Positions 44,500 through 54,039 are shown, numbered from the stretch's first letter. The stretch: DNA of 64,000 nucleotides from an uncultured Spirochaetaceae bacterium (GCA_964654185.1 CAZZIE010000005.1:4156-68155), one strand, 5' to 3'. Numbers and translations are program-made. The notes: generated by a model not told the origin, from the sequence alone.

Positions 44500-46226
44500 T
44501 ACCCGGTCAGAGGAAACACCGAGACGAGCATCCAGCCGAAGAAGGGCGCTGCGCCGAGAGCGTACGCCCAAGGGTCGTCCAGAATGGCGGCGGCCACGGA
44601 CAGGATCAGAAAGACCACCGGCAGCACCGGCAGAACCAGGACGACAATGAAGAGCCCGGAGACCGTTACCCCGGCGAGGCCGAGAGCGCCGACGATCGCA
44701 GCTGTCTGAGCAAGATAGATCGCGGCGCGGCCCGCCCGGGTTCTCCCGGCCTGGCACACCCCGGCGGCGAGCAGCCACGGGAGACAGAGGAGCGCAAGAA
44801 TGGGCCACCTCGCCAGGCGATACGGAATGAGAAGCCACTGCAGAGCGACTTCCTGAGTCATTACGCCGACGGCGACCCAGAGAAAGGCGAAGAGCCCAAG
44901 ACCGAGGAGTAGACTGCGACCGGTCGGGAGACGCAGACGCGTTCCCCCGGCGAGCCAGATGGCTCCAAGGTTCCCGAACCAGAGAGCTACCGCGCCGCCC
45001 ACGAGCATGCCCCCGAGACGTGTGATGGGCAGAAATGTGGCAAGCAGAGCCAGGATCCCCGTCGCGGCAAAGGGCCCTGCAACCATCCAGGCCCACCACA
45101 GTCGTCGCCGGCGGGGGTGAACCTGCTTGTCCGGGTCGGCAACGCCCCGCGCGTCATCAACGCCCCCCGCATCGTCAGCACTTTCGGTCTTTCCGTCCCC
45201 GTCTGACCGCAATGCCGCTGGCCGTCCGCGGCGGATGAGTGGAGCCGCAGCCAGAGCAAGTAGCATCCAGCCAATGACGTGAAGGCCGTAGAAGAGTCCC
45301 CGCCGGTCGCGGTAGGGATCCATCCCGGCCCCGTACTCAATGGCCGCGGTTGACCAGTCCGGACCTGCCTCCCCCGCCGGGCCCGCCCCGGAGCGCCCGA
45401 CCCCGGAACGGCCAACCGCGGAGCGCCCAAAGGTTGCCTCCAGCCAGCGCAGCAGTGTGTGCTGGCTGCGCCTGTCGAAGAGGATCGTAATGTGCTCGCG
45501 TCGCGGTACCTCCAGAAGCGCCCGGGCGGTACCGTCCGCGAAATCCTGCGCACTGCTGCGGGCGCCTCCCGCGCGATCGAGCAGATCCCGCCCGTTCTCC
45601 AGGAAGCGTGGTTCCCAGGTCCCGGCCTGGAGAAGAAGGTTCCGTGGCAGAGTCTCCGTCACGGCCGCACTGGTGGGCGAAATGGCTACGACGGCGTCGA
45701 ATGTCTCGGGAAGCCGAATCCCTGCCGCCATGGCGGCGCCGCTTCCCATGGAGTGGCCGACGATTGCCAGGCGGTCCGGGTCGACCTCCTGCTGTCGCGT
45801 CAGGTACGCCAGCGCGGCGTCAACATCGTCCTGGAGGACATTCCTGGAGTCGTCCAGTGCCCCCGCGTTGGTGCCGTGGCCGTCGAAGTCCCAGAGCACG
45901 ACGCCGTACCCCGCGTACGCCAGAGTGTAGGCGTACCCGAGCATGATCTTCCGGGTGGAACCGAAGCCGTGAGCGATCAGCACGCCGGGCAGGTCACCTG
46001 CGGAGGCCGCGTCCGGATGCACGACGTAGGTCACGGGCAATCCGTCCGTCTCGCCCATTCGGTTGCGCCGGATCGTCAGATCCCTGGCCGGTTCCGTGAT
46101 CTGCCACCAGGCCAGAACGATGAGTACAAGTCCGGCCGCGGCGGCACCCAAGTGAGTGGTCCTGTAGAGACGCGTCATCTCTCTCATAGTTGCTACATAG
46201 GTACCGTGCCCGGCGTGGAGGCGCAA
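44499..46226 (-). CDS. Alpha/beta hydrolase fused to a polytopic membrane domain
   Basis: The N-terminal half has VLIAHGFGS and the nucleophile elbow VGHSMGSG. The C-terminal half of about 270 aa is hydrophobic with roughly 8 predicted helices. An alternative start is at 46187. Confidence 0.7.
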   Translation of the reverse strand: MRLHAGHGTYVATMREMTRLYRTTHLGAAAAGLVLIVLAWWQITEPARDLTIRRNRMGETDGLPVTYVVHPDAASAGDLPGVLIAHGFGSTRKIMLGYAYTLAYAGYGVVLWDFDGHGTNAGALDDSRNVLQDDVDAALAYLTRQQEVDPDRLAIVGHSMGSGAAMAAGIRLPETFDAVVAISPTSAAVTETLPRNLLLQAGTWEPRFLENGRDLLDRAGGARSSAQDFADGTARALLEVPRREHITILFDRRSQHTLLRWLEATFGRSAVGRSGVGRSGAGPAGEAGPDWSTAAIEYGAGMDPYRDRRGLFYGLHVIGWMLLALAAAPLIRRGRPAALRSDGDGKTESADDAGGVDDARGVADPDKQVHPRRRRLWWAWMVAGPFAATGILALLATFLPITRLGGMLVGGAVALWFGNLGAIWLAGGTRLRLPTGRSLLLGLGLFAFLWVAVGVMTQEVALQWLLIPYRLARWPILALLCLPWLLAAGVCQAGRTRAGRAAIYLAQTAAIVGALGLAGVTVSGLFIVVLVLPVLPVVFLILSVAAAILDDPWAYALGAAPFFGWMLVSVFPLTG

Positions 46227-46320
46227 GGGCTATCCCAGCAACCGGGGATTGGCCATCGGAGGCTTTCCGAATGAAACGCCAACGGGATCACAGCTCATCT
46301 CGCCGACGAGGATCCTTTCG

Positions 46321-46599
46321 ATGGATCCGTTACCTGCTCTCGGCACTGCCCTCGCTACCGGAAGCAATGAAGACACCGGCGAGCCGGCGGGAACCGAGGC
46401 GAACGACTTCGTTCGCGGCAACCGCCACGTCTACCTGGCGGAGGGTGTCGGAATCGTGCGGGTCGAGTACACGCACAAGAGCGGGGCAATTGCGCGGATC
46501 GAGCTGGAATCGTACTCAGTGGAACCCTCCATTTGTGCGATTCCGAAACCTCTGATAGAATCTCCATTCTCCGCGAAGGGAGGGTGTGCTTCTGATTGA
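46321..46599 (+). CDS. Possible small hypothetical protein upstream of oadG (doubtful)
   Basis: The ORF 46249..46599 has a protein-like C-half (DFVRGNRHVYLAEGVGIVRVEYTHKSGAIARIELESYSV) with GC3 bias. It has no recognisable family or SD, and it overlaps the oadG start. Confidence 0.25.
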   Translation: MDPLPALGTALATGSNEDTGEPAGTEANDFVRGNRHVYLAEGVGIVRVEYTHKSGAIARIELESYSVEPSICAIPKPLIESPFSAKGGCASD

Positions 46600-46915
46600 T
46601 GGACTAACAATCACCGTCGTCGGCATGCTGGCGGTGTTTGCCTTCCTGGGCGTCCTGGTCCTCTCCATGGCGCTGCTGAAATGGGTCGTCGACCGGCTGC
46701 CGGGACCTGCGGAGTCTGCCGCGGCAGGCGCGGCGGGTAAGACGGGCTCGGCTCGACCCGAAGCGCCGCGGCACGACACCGGTGGCCGCTTTGGCGGCCG
46801 TCGGCAAGGCAGCGGCGGTCGAATGGGCGCGCGGCGAGGGAAGGCGGCGGAGCGCGCTGCCGTCGCCGCCGCCGTTGCGGCATACCACGCACACAGGAAA
46901 GACACGGCATCATGA
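46586..46915 (+). CDS. oadG: Oxaloacetate decarboxylase gamma subunit-like (OadG family)
   Basis: N-terminal TM LIDGLTITVVGMLAVFAFLGVLVLSMALL followed by an Ala/Gly/Arg-rich tail. GTG start after GGGAGGG. ATGA overlap with oadA. Confidence 0.7.
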   Translation: MLLIDGLTITVVGMLAVFAFLGVLVLSMALLKWVVDRLPGPAESAAAGAAGKTGSARPEAPRHDTGGRFGGRRQGSGGRMGARRGKAAERAAVAAAVAAYHAHRKDTAS

Positions 46916-48843
46916 AGCGATACGTGGATACCATGGTCACGGCGTTCCGTGACGGCTTTCAGTCCTTCTTCGGCGCGCGGGTGCTGACGCCGGACTTCCT
47001 CCCCGCCTTCGAGGCCGCAGTTGATGCGGGGATTCGTCACCTGGAAGTGGGCGGCGGCGCGCGCTTTCAGTCCCTCTACTTCTACTGCAACGAAGACGCC
47101 TTCGCCATGATGGACACCCTGCGCTGGAAGGCGGGGCCCCAGACGGAGCTTCAGACCCTGGCGCGGGGAACGAACGTGGTAGGTCTCGACTCACAACCGC
47201 GGGACATCATTGACCTCCACGCCAAACTCTTCGCCAAACACGGCATCTCGAAGATCCGCAACTTCGACGCCCTGAACGATGTGAACAATCTCATCCACTC
47301 GGGCCGTGCGATCGCCGAAGCGGGTCTCCGCCATGAGGTCACCGTCACGCTCATGGGCCTGCCACCGGGACTCACCGGAGCGCACACCCCGGACTTCTAC
47401 ATTCAGGTGCTCCGGAACATCCTGGATGCGGACATTCCCTACGAGGCGGTCTGCTTCAAGGACGCATCCGGCACAACGCCCCCTGCAATCGTCCATGAGA
47501 CGATTCAGCGCGCCCGGCAACTCCTTGGCAACGAGGCGCGGATATCCTTCCACAGCCACGAGAGCGCGGGCATTTCCATTCAGCAGTACGTGAGCGCCCT
47601 CCAGGCCGGAGCGGACCAGGTGGATTGCTCCCTGGCACCGGTATCCGGCGGCACCGCCCAGCCGGATATCCTGACCCTCTATCAGGCGCTGCACGGCACC
47701 GACATAGAGCTTGATATCGATGTTCACAAGATCCGCGAGGTCGAGCAGATCCTCCACGAGTGCCTGGAGGACTACTTCCTGCCCCCGGAGGCGCTCTCAG
47801 TGCAGCCGAGTGTCTTCTTCTCACCGATGCCGGGCGGCGCTCTCACCGCAAACACCCAGATGATGCGGGACCACGGCATCCTGGACCGCTACCAGAAGGT
47901 TGCCGACGCCATGACCGAGGTCATTGCCAAGGGCGGTTTCGGAACCTCGGTTACACCGGTGAGCCAGTTCTACTTCCAGCAGGCCTTCAACAACGTCATG
48001 TTCGGGCCCTGGGAGCGCTTTGCCGACGGCTACGGCAAGATGGTCCTTGGCTACTTCGGCCGGACGCCGGTGCCGCCGGACCCCGAAGTCGTCCGCCTGG
48101 CGCGGGAGCAGTTGGCCCTGGAACCGACCGAGCGACCGCCCATCAACATCAACGATGAAGACCCCGAAAAGGGTGTCGCTGCGGCACGACGCATGCTCGA
48201 GACTGAAAGCCTGGAGCTTACCGAGGAGAACATCTTCATTGCCGCAACCTGCAAAGACAAGGGCATTGCCTTCCTCAAGGGCGATGCGCGCGTTCAGGTA
48301 CGCAAGAAGGAGAAGGTCGAACCCGGCTGTGCCGAGGAGGAAGCGACGGGCTACACTGTCCGGATCGGCGGGAAGGAGCACAACGCCGTGGTCGAAGGGG
48401 ACCGGGTGATCGTTGACGGCGTCGCCTACGAGGTGTCCGTGGCGCAGGCCGCCCCGGGGGCGGCAGGTTCCCGCTCCATCCCCGCCGGCGCGGCGGTAAC
48501 CCCGGAAGCGGGTTCAGCCACCCCGGGGGTCGCCGGATCCAGCACCGGGACCGCCCCGCCGGCCCCCGGGTCCGCCGCGGCCGGCACGACCAGTGCCGGC
48601 TCCACTGCGACCGGCTCCGCAGCGCCCTCCGTGATCAAGGCGCCTTTTTCCGCCCTGCTCCTCCGCATTGAGGCGCCGCCGGGAACCTGCGTAAACAAGG
48701 GAGACACCGTCGTCGTGCTGGAGAGCATGAAGATGGAAACGGAGCTCGCCTCGCCGATCGACGGGACGGTGCAGACTCTCAACTACAGCCAGGGCGATCA
48801 GATCGAGAGCGGCAGCGTCGTGGCGACGGTCGCACCGCTTTGA
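46912..48843 (+). CDS. oadA: Oxaloacetate decarboxylase alpha subunit (carboxyltransferase plus biotinyl domain)
   Basis: The HMGL-like carboxyltransferase N-domain has FRDGFQSFFG.., HSHESAGIS. A long Ala/Gly/Pro/Ser linker follows. The biotinyl site is VVLESMKMETEL. Confidence 0.85.
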   Translation: MKRYVDTMVTAFRDGFQSFFGARVLTPDFLPAFEAAVDAGIRHLEVGGGARFQSLYFYCNEDAFAMMDTLRWKAGPQTELQTLARGTNVVGLDSQPRDIIDLHAKLFAKHGISKIRNFDALNDVNNLIHSGRAIAEAGLRHEVTVTLMGLPPGLTGAHTPDFYIQVLRNILDADIPYEAVCFKDASGTTPPAIVHETIQRARQLLGNEARISFHSHESAGISIQQYVSALQAGADQVDCSLAPVSGGTAQPDILTLYQALHGTDIELDIDVHKIREVEQILHECLEDYFLPPEALSVQPSVFFSPMPGGALTANTQMMRDHGILDRYQKVADAMTEVIAKGGFGTSVTPVSQFYFQQAFNNVMFGPWERFADGYGKMVLGYFGRTPVPPDPEVVRLAREQLALEPTERPPININDEDPEKGVAAARRMLETESLELTEENIFIAATCKDKGIAFLKGDARVQVRKKEKVEPGCAEEEATGYTVRIGGKEHNAVVEGDRVIVDGVAYEVSVAQAAPGAAGSRSIPAGAAVTPEAGSATPGVAGSSTGTAPPAPGSAAAGTTSAGSTATGSAAPSVIKAPFSALLLRIEAPPGTCVNKGDTVVVLESMKMETELASPIDGTVQTLNYSQGDQIESGSVVATVAPL

Positions 48844-48852
48844 GGGCGCGAA

Positions 48853-49988
48853 ATGAGCATTGACACCGCTCTGGTCGAGCTCTGGAACACCACCGGCGCC
48901 GCCGGCTTCTCGGTGCGGCAGATCATCATGATTGTGGTGGGGTTTGTGCTCATTCATCTCGCGATCGCCAGGCGTTTCGAGCCGTTGCTGCTGGTCCCTA
49001 TCGGCTTTGGCGGCATCCTGGCGAACATCCCCTTCATTGGCATTGCAGAGGCGGGGGGATTCATCGGGCAGATCTACGACTTCGGGATCTCCCGCTGTTC
49101 ATCTTCATGGGTGTAGGCGCCCTCACCGACTTCGGGCCACTCCTCGCGAACCGCCGGACGGCGCTCCTCGGCGCGGCGGCGCAGTTCGGGATCTTTGCGA
49201 CCCTTCTGGGAGCGCTCGGCCTGGCGCGGCTGGAAGGGATCGACTTTGTCCTGGCGGATGCCGCGGCGATCGGGATAATCGGCGGCGCAGACGGACCGAC
49301 GGCGATCTTCCTGGCAGGCCGGCTCTCCCCGACCTACCTGGGATCCATTGCCGTGGCGGCGTACTCCTACATGGCGCTGGTTCCCATCATCCAGCCGCCC
49401 ATTGTACGCGCCCTCACCACCCCTGCGGAGCGCCGCATCCGCATGGAGCAGCTCCGCGACGTGTCCCGCCGAGAGCGCATTCTCTTTCCCATTGTGGTGG
49501 TGACCATCTGCGCGATCCTGCTGCCCTCGGCGACGCCGCTCATCGGCGCACTCATGTTCGGGAACCTCATTCGGGAGTGCGGTGTCACCGATCGCCTGGC
49601 GAAGGCCGCCCAGAACGAGCTCATGAACATTGTCACCATTATGCTGGGCCTGGCGGTGGGCTCCCGTCTCTCCGGCAACACCTTTCTCACTCTGGAGACC
49701 GTGGGCATTCTCACCCTCGGACTGATCGCCTTCTCAATCGGCACCGCCTCGGGGGTTCTCATTGCGAAGCTCATGAACCGTCTGAGCCCGCAGAAGATCA
49801 ACCCCATCATAGGTGCCGCCGGTGTCTCCGCGGTGCCCATGGCCGCCCGTGTCTCGGCGCGGCTCGGTCTCGAGTCCGATCCGGAGAACCACCTGCTGAT
49901 GCACGCCATGGGTCCGAATGTCGCGGGGGTGATCGGCTCGGCGGTTGCAGCGGGAATTCTCCTGGCACTGGTGCCGCTCTTCGGATAG
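48853..49988 (+). pseudogene. oadB: Na+-translocating decarboxylase beta subunit, interrupted by a single frameshift
   Basis: The N-part (48853..49116) reads ..[26 protein letters not shown]. The C-part in the -1 frame reads [64 protein letters not shown]. The junction is at the C-run 49091-49093. Confidence 0.8.
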
Positions 49989-50146
49989 TACTCACAAGCC
50001 TGTTGATGCCCATCCGCGCAAGTCATTACCCAGCCGCGGATTGATGTCTCGATGTGGCCGAGGGCTTTGCCTGACGGCTGCCGGTCGCCCCAGGTCCTTG
50101 TGACTTGGTACCTTGCAGGAATTGCATCAACAAGCTTGTGGGTAGG

Positions 50147-51412
50147 TTATTTGGGCTGACCGTCGAAAAGCGCCTTGAACCGCTCCACCAACTCCGGGTC
50201 CAGGACGCTCCCGGCCATCTCCGACAGGATCCGGCACGCATCCTTGTGACTGTACTTGAGTGGCTTCCCCTGGGCCGGGCGGTAGCCGCGCTCGGTGGTT
50301 AGAGCGCTATAGACATCGGCCACTGCTACAATTCTTGCCCCAATGGGAATGTCCTCCCCTGCCAGTCCGTCGGGATAACCGCCGCCGTCCCAGTGCTCGT
50401 GCTCATGCCGAACAATCGGGACGACGCGCCGGTAGACGTCGAGGTTCTGCAGTATCTCGGCGCCGATGATGGTGTGGGTCTTCATGACCTCGAACTCGTC
50501 CGGATCCAGGGCGCCCGGCTTTTTCAGGATAGCGTCGGGGATGGCGATCTTCCCGATGTCGTGAATCGCCGCGCCGGACCGGACGGCGTCGACATCCTCG
50601 TCGGAGAGATTCATGGAAATTGCCAGCCGCTCGGTCAGCTCTTCGACGTCGTCGGAATGAGTGCCGGTGTACTCGTCCCGCTCAGCAAGGAGCTCGGTAA
50701 TGCGCTTGAAGGCGAGGTGGGAGTCCCGGCGCAGCTTGAGGAAGTTGCGCGTAGCGTAGTGGACCAGGGCCAGTGGGACCAGAGCCAGGATCAGCAGTCC
50801 CCGCGAGTCCTGATAGAGCGTCGCCATGAGGATGGCCAGGACGCCCATGGTTATGAACTGGAGATGGACGTTCCGAATCCCCGCACGGAGCACACGGAAG
50901 AAGTCCGCCTCACCGTTGAGAGCAATGATCGCCGCAACCAGGGAGCTGTTCACGACGACGTAGCCAATGAAGGCGATTATCATGGCGAAATAGGAGTGCT
51001 CTACCCCGGGGAGAAGGCGCTCGGCGTAGGTGAAGGCCGCGGCCGCCGCCGTCACGGTGACCACGAGCTGACTCGTGTTGAACAGGACCGGAGCCATGAA
51101 ACGCCACACCCCGTCGCCAAGCTTGTCCCATCGCAGAATAATCTCCGCAGGTAGTGTCGAGCACAGGACGACCCAGACTCCAACAGGCATGCCGCCAATG
51201 AAGACGGCGGCCATGGCCACCGCGACATGCGTGGAGAGGGCCCAGTCCGAAACGATCTCCAACTCGTATACCTGCGCCAGGAGAGAAGCAATTGCGAGGA
51301 GAATCAGGGCAAAGAAGTACTCGACAGGGTCCAAATCCATGGACGCCACGACCACGAAGTACAGGGCGGCAAGACACACCAGGAGTACATACAATCGCGC
51401 CTTGAGGGTCAT
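50147..51412 (-). CDS. HD-GYP domain protein with polytopic N-terminal membrane domain (c-di-GMP phosphodiesterase-like)
   Basis: AAIHDIGKIAIP, HEHEHWDGGGYPDGL and ADVYSALTTERGYRPA. About 7 N-terminal TM helices. Confidence 0.85.
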   Translation of the reverse strand: MTLKARLYVLLVCLAALYFVVVASMDLDPVEYFFALILLAIASLLAQVYELEIVSDWALSTHVAVAMAAVFIGGMPVGVWVVLCSTLPAEIILRWDKLGDGVWRFMAPVLFNTSQLVVTVTAAAAAFTYAERLLPGVEHSYFAMIIAFIGYVVVNSSLVAAIIALNGEADFFRVLRAGIRNVHLQFITMGVLAILMATLYQDSRGLLILALVPLALVHYATRNFLKLRRDSHLAFKRITELLAERDEYTGTHSDDVEELTERLAISMNLSDEDVDAVRSGAAIHDIGKIAIPDAILKKPGALDPDEFEVMKTHTIIGAEILQNLDVYRRVVPIVRHEHEHWDGGGYPDGLAGEDIPIGARIVAVADVYSALTTERGYRPAQGKPLKYSHKDACRILSEMAGSVLDPELVERFKALFDGQPK

Positions 51413-51568
51413 CGCCTGACGGTATCACGTAATGCGCAAGGGGGAGAAGAACGAAGTCTGCGTAGAACGGCTCAGGCCCTGGAGAGAAGAGGAGGACGAG
51501 CGGAGCCCGAGCCGGGAAGCTTGGAGCTAGGTAGGGGGTGAATCTGGGGACAGGCGCAACGGGCTCAC

Positions 51569-51610
51569 AAAAAAAACGGCGAGCCCTTCCCCCGTGGGGA
51601 GAACCCGCCG
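51569..51610 (-). terminator. Rho-independent terminator downstream of the small ORF
   Basis: The plus strand reads A8-CGGCGAG..CCCC-cgt-GGGG..CCCGCCG. On the minus strand this is an extended GC hairpin followed by U8. Confidence 0.6.
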
Positions 51611-51668
51611 TCTTGACTCGTTCACGCTCCCGGAAGCCGCAGAGCCTGCCCGGAAGTGTGGATGGCAA

Positions 51669-51827
51669 TCAACCTTTGCCGCCACCCGTCCATTTGAAAC
51701 TGGAAGTGAGAGCGATGATTGCGATCGCCACCACAGCAATGACCATGAGCGTCCGGTTGTTGGTCACCTTGATCCACACCTTGTTCACACGATCGACGGC
51801 CTTCTCACTGTAACCCTGCCACTTCAT
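51669..51827 (-). CDS. Unlisted small membrane protein (52 aa)
   Basis: Hand translation gives MKWQGYSEKAVDRVNKVWIKVTNNRTLMVIAVVAIAIIALTSSFKWTGGGKG. It has one TM helix, genome-like GC3-rich codons, a GGGGG SD-like run 7 nt upstream, an AT-rich promoter region at 51840-51900, and a terminator downstream. It is below the 60-aa cutoff of the ORF track. Confidence 0.45.
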   Translation of the reverse strand: MKWQGYSEKAVDRVNKVWIKVTNNRTLMVIAVVAIAIIALTSSFKWTGGGKG

Positions 51828-52207
51828 ACTACGCCCCCTACAATAATAAAGTATATAGTATTAATAAATTGTCTCTTTATTTTAGGCTATACCGAGGTAG
51901 CGGACTTGTCAACACTTTTTTTGCAAGAATATGCGCGAAATTCGCAAGTCGCCGTTCCGCGAGTACGGTTCTGTGGGGCATCATCTTAAGCATTGTGCGA
52001 CATGACCGGACATGCAAGGAGGAATCGGGCGGTTCCTTTCTCGTGACGGGCGCGTGAAGACGGACCAGGGCCGGGCAGGGACTTTCGCGTCTCTCAAGCC
52101 GGGAAGCTCTGACCTCCGGCGGAGGCCGTCTTAGCCACGTCCAACCGGTTTTTGCAATACCCCGCCCTCTGCACGAAACTGTTCTCATTACATCTGCGGA
52201 GGGTCAC

Positions 52208-53155
52208 ATGACCAAAGCAATGAGGTTTGGCGCAATTGCCGGCCTGACACTCTTTGTTGGGGCCTGTGCTGTCTTTTTCGGTGGCGAGACGAACGGAGCC
52301 GCCACCGACGAAGACCCGGTCTCGATAACCTGGGGCATCTTGGATGTGGGGTCCGGCATTGAGTTCGACGCCAGCATCCCGGGCGTTGAGAGCTATCTGT
52401 CCACCACGACCGGCTACGATGTGACCATCCGGACCTACGACGCCTACGGCGACATCAAGGATGCCATGGCGGGAAGCGATCCTATCCTCGACATGGCCAC
52501 CCTGCCCACCTTCACCTATCTCGTTGCAGAGGAAGAGAGCGGCGTAGAGTTGGTTCTCGCGGCCGTGCGGTTCGGCGCTACAACCTACCGATCGCAATTC
52601 GTGACCCGAACCGGCTCGGGGATTACGGAGATCGCCGACCTGGCCGGGTCAAACTTCATGCGGCCGGACCCGCTTTCGACCAGCGGGTGGATCATTCCGG
52701 AAATCACCATGCGTGCGGAGGGCATTGATATAACCGGCCTTACCGTCGTGGACGGTGCCGGGCACGACAGCGTCATCCGCGGCGTCTATGACGGACAATA
52801 CGACGACGGATCCGGCGACCCGCCGGTCACGGTCGACGCCGGGGCAACCTTCGTGGATGCCCGCAGCACGGTGGAAGATAACCCGGACTATTCAGAGGTC
52901 TATACAACCGTCGCCGTGATTGGCACCAGCATCGACATTCCCAACGACTGCATTGCGGTCCACCCGTCTCTGGATAGCGCGGTACGTGAGGGCGTGGTGG
53001 AGGCGATTGTCGACGGCTTCGCCGGGGACGCTGCGAGCGCGTTCGAGACCATGACCGGCTGGTCCGCCGTCCAGCAAGAGGATCCGTCGTTCTACAACGA
53101 CTTCACCCAGCTGCTCCAGGACGCCGGGGTCGATCCCGCCGACTACGTGGAGTAA
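52208..53155 (+). CDS. PhnD-like (phosphonate/phosphite ABC-type) substrate-binding lipoprotein, orphan
   Basis: Lipobox LFVGAC. TFTYLVAEEESGVELVLAAVRFGATTYRSQFVTRTGSGITEIADLAGSNFMRPDPLSTSGWIIP resembles the Phosphonate-bd family. No permease or ATPase is adjacent. Confidence 0.65.
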   Translation: MTKAMRFGAIAGLTLFVGACAVFFGGETNGAATDEDPVSITWGILDVGSGIEFDASIPGVESYLSTTTGYDVTIRTYDAYGDIKDAMAGSDPILDMATLPTFTYLVAEEESGVELVLAAVRFGATTYRSQFVTRTGSGITEIADLAGSNFMRPDPLSTSGWIIPEITMRAEGIDITGLTVVDGAGHDSVIRGVYDGQYDDGSGDPPVTVDAGATFVDARSTVEDNPDYSEVYTTVAVIGTSIDIPNDCIAVHPSLDSAVREGVVEAIVDGFAGDAASAFETMTGWSAVQQEDPSFYNDFTQLLQDAGVDPADYVE

Positions 53156-53202
53156 CCGCGGTGCCGCGCCCGCCGCAGCGTGGCGCCCCTTTTCTCCGCG
53201 CG

Positions 53203-54039
53203 CTAGAGCTCCACGAATCCGGGGTCGAAGTTGTCCGGTTCCGGAAAGGTGCGTTCGGCGCGGTTCAGCTTGCGGATCGCGTGCATTTCCTCATCCGTGA
53301 GCTCGAAGTCGAAGACCTGAAGGTTCTCGGTGATGCGCGCCGGCGTCACGGACTTCGGCAGCGCAATGATGCCGCGCTGCACCATCCAGCGAAGGGACAC
53401 CTGGGTCGGGGATTTGCCGTGAGCATCGCCTATAGATATTAAGGTCTCATTCTCCAGAACATCCTGGATCTTGTCGCTCTTGAAGGGGGCGTACGCCTCC
53501 ATGGCAATGCCCTTGGATTCGAGGTAGTCCTGAAGGCGCGTGTTCTGCAGGTGCACATGGCACTCCACCTGATTGACTGCCGGGACGACGCGCGCGGTTT
53601 GCAGAAGGGCGTCGAGGTGGTGAATGTGGAAGTTGGAGATCCCCAGGGTCCGCACCTTGCCGGCATCCGCCGCCTCTTCCATGGCCGCATACACCGCAGC
53701 GTTGCGCTCGTAGGTCCAGGGCCAGTGCATGAGGACGAGGTCGATGTAGTCGGTCCCGAGATTGTCCAGCGAGGCGTCGATCATCCGGGTCGTCGCTTCC
53801 TTTGTGTGGGCGCTGTTCCAGATCTTCGTGGTGACGAAGACCTCTTCCCGGGGGACGGAGCTGTCGGCAAGGGCTCGGCCCACTTCCTCCTCGTTCTTGT
53901 AGGCAACGGCCGTATCAATGTGGCGGTACCCCGCCTCCAGGGCGTGCAGCACCGCGCGATACACATCCTCTCCCCGCGCCCGGAAGGTGCCGAGGCCCAC
54001 CATGGGTATCGAATACCCGCTGTTCAACGTGCGTTCCAT
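53203..54039 (-). CDS. Aldo/keto reductase (2,5-diketo-D-gluconate reductase-like)
   Basis: MVGLGTF.., GYRHIDTAVAYKNEEEVG, FVTTKIWN, LVLMHWP and ISNFHIHHL. Confidence 0.85.
   Translation of the reverse strand: MERTLNSGYSIPMVGLGTFRARGEDVYRAVLHALEAGYRHIDTAVAYKNEEEVGRALADSSVPREEVFVTTKIWNSAHTKEATTRMIDASLDNLGTDYIDLVLMHWPWTYERNAAVYAAMEEAADAGKVRTLGISNFHIHHLDALLQTARVVPAVNQVECHVHLQNTRLQDYLESKGIAMEAYAPFKSDKIQDVLENETLISIGDAHGKSPTQVSLRWMVQRGIIALPKSVTPARITENLQVFDFELTDEEMHAIRKLNRAERTFPEPDNFDPGFVEL

Noticed and set aside
49086-49100. Programmed -1 ribosomal frameshift in oadB.
   Set aside because: There is no X_XXY_YYZ slippery heptamer and no downstream pseudoknot. No biological rationale exists for two products of a membrane pump subunit. 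A one-base loss in a C-run is the simpler explanation.
48932-50044. 370-aa ORF overlapping oadB in a third frame.
   Set aside because: The composition is Arg/Pro/Gly/His-rich nonsense. The other two frames together reproduce a full OadB sequence.
51960-52207. Possible c-di-GMP (GEMM) riboswitch, given the neighbouring HD-GYP gene.
   Set aside because: The GEMM-I/II conserved elements were not recognisable. Only generic GC hairpins are present. I kept it only as a note on a long structured leader.
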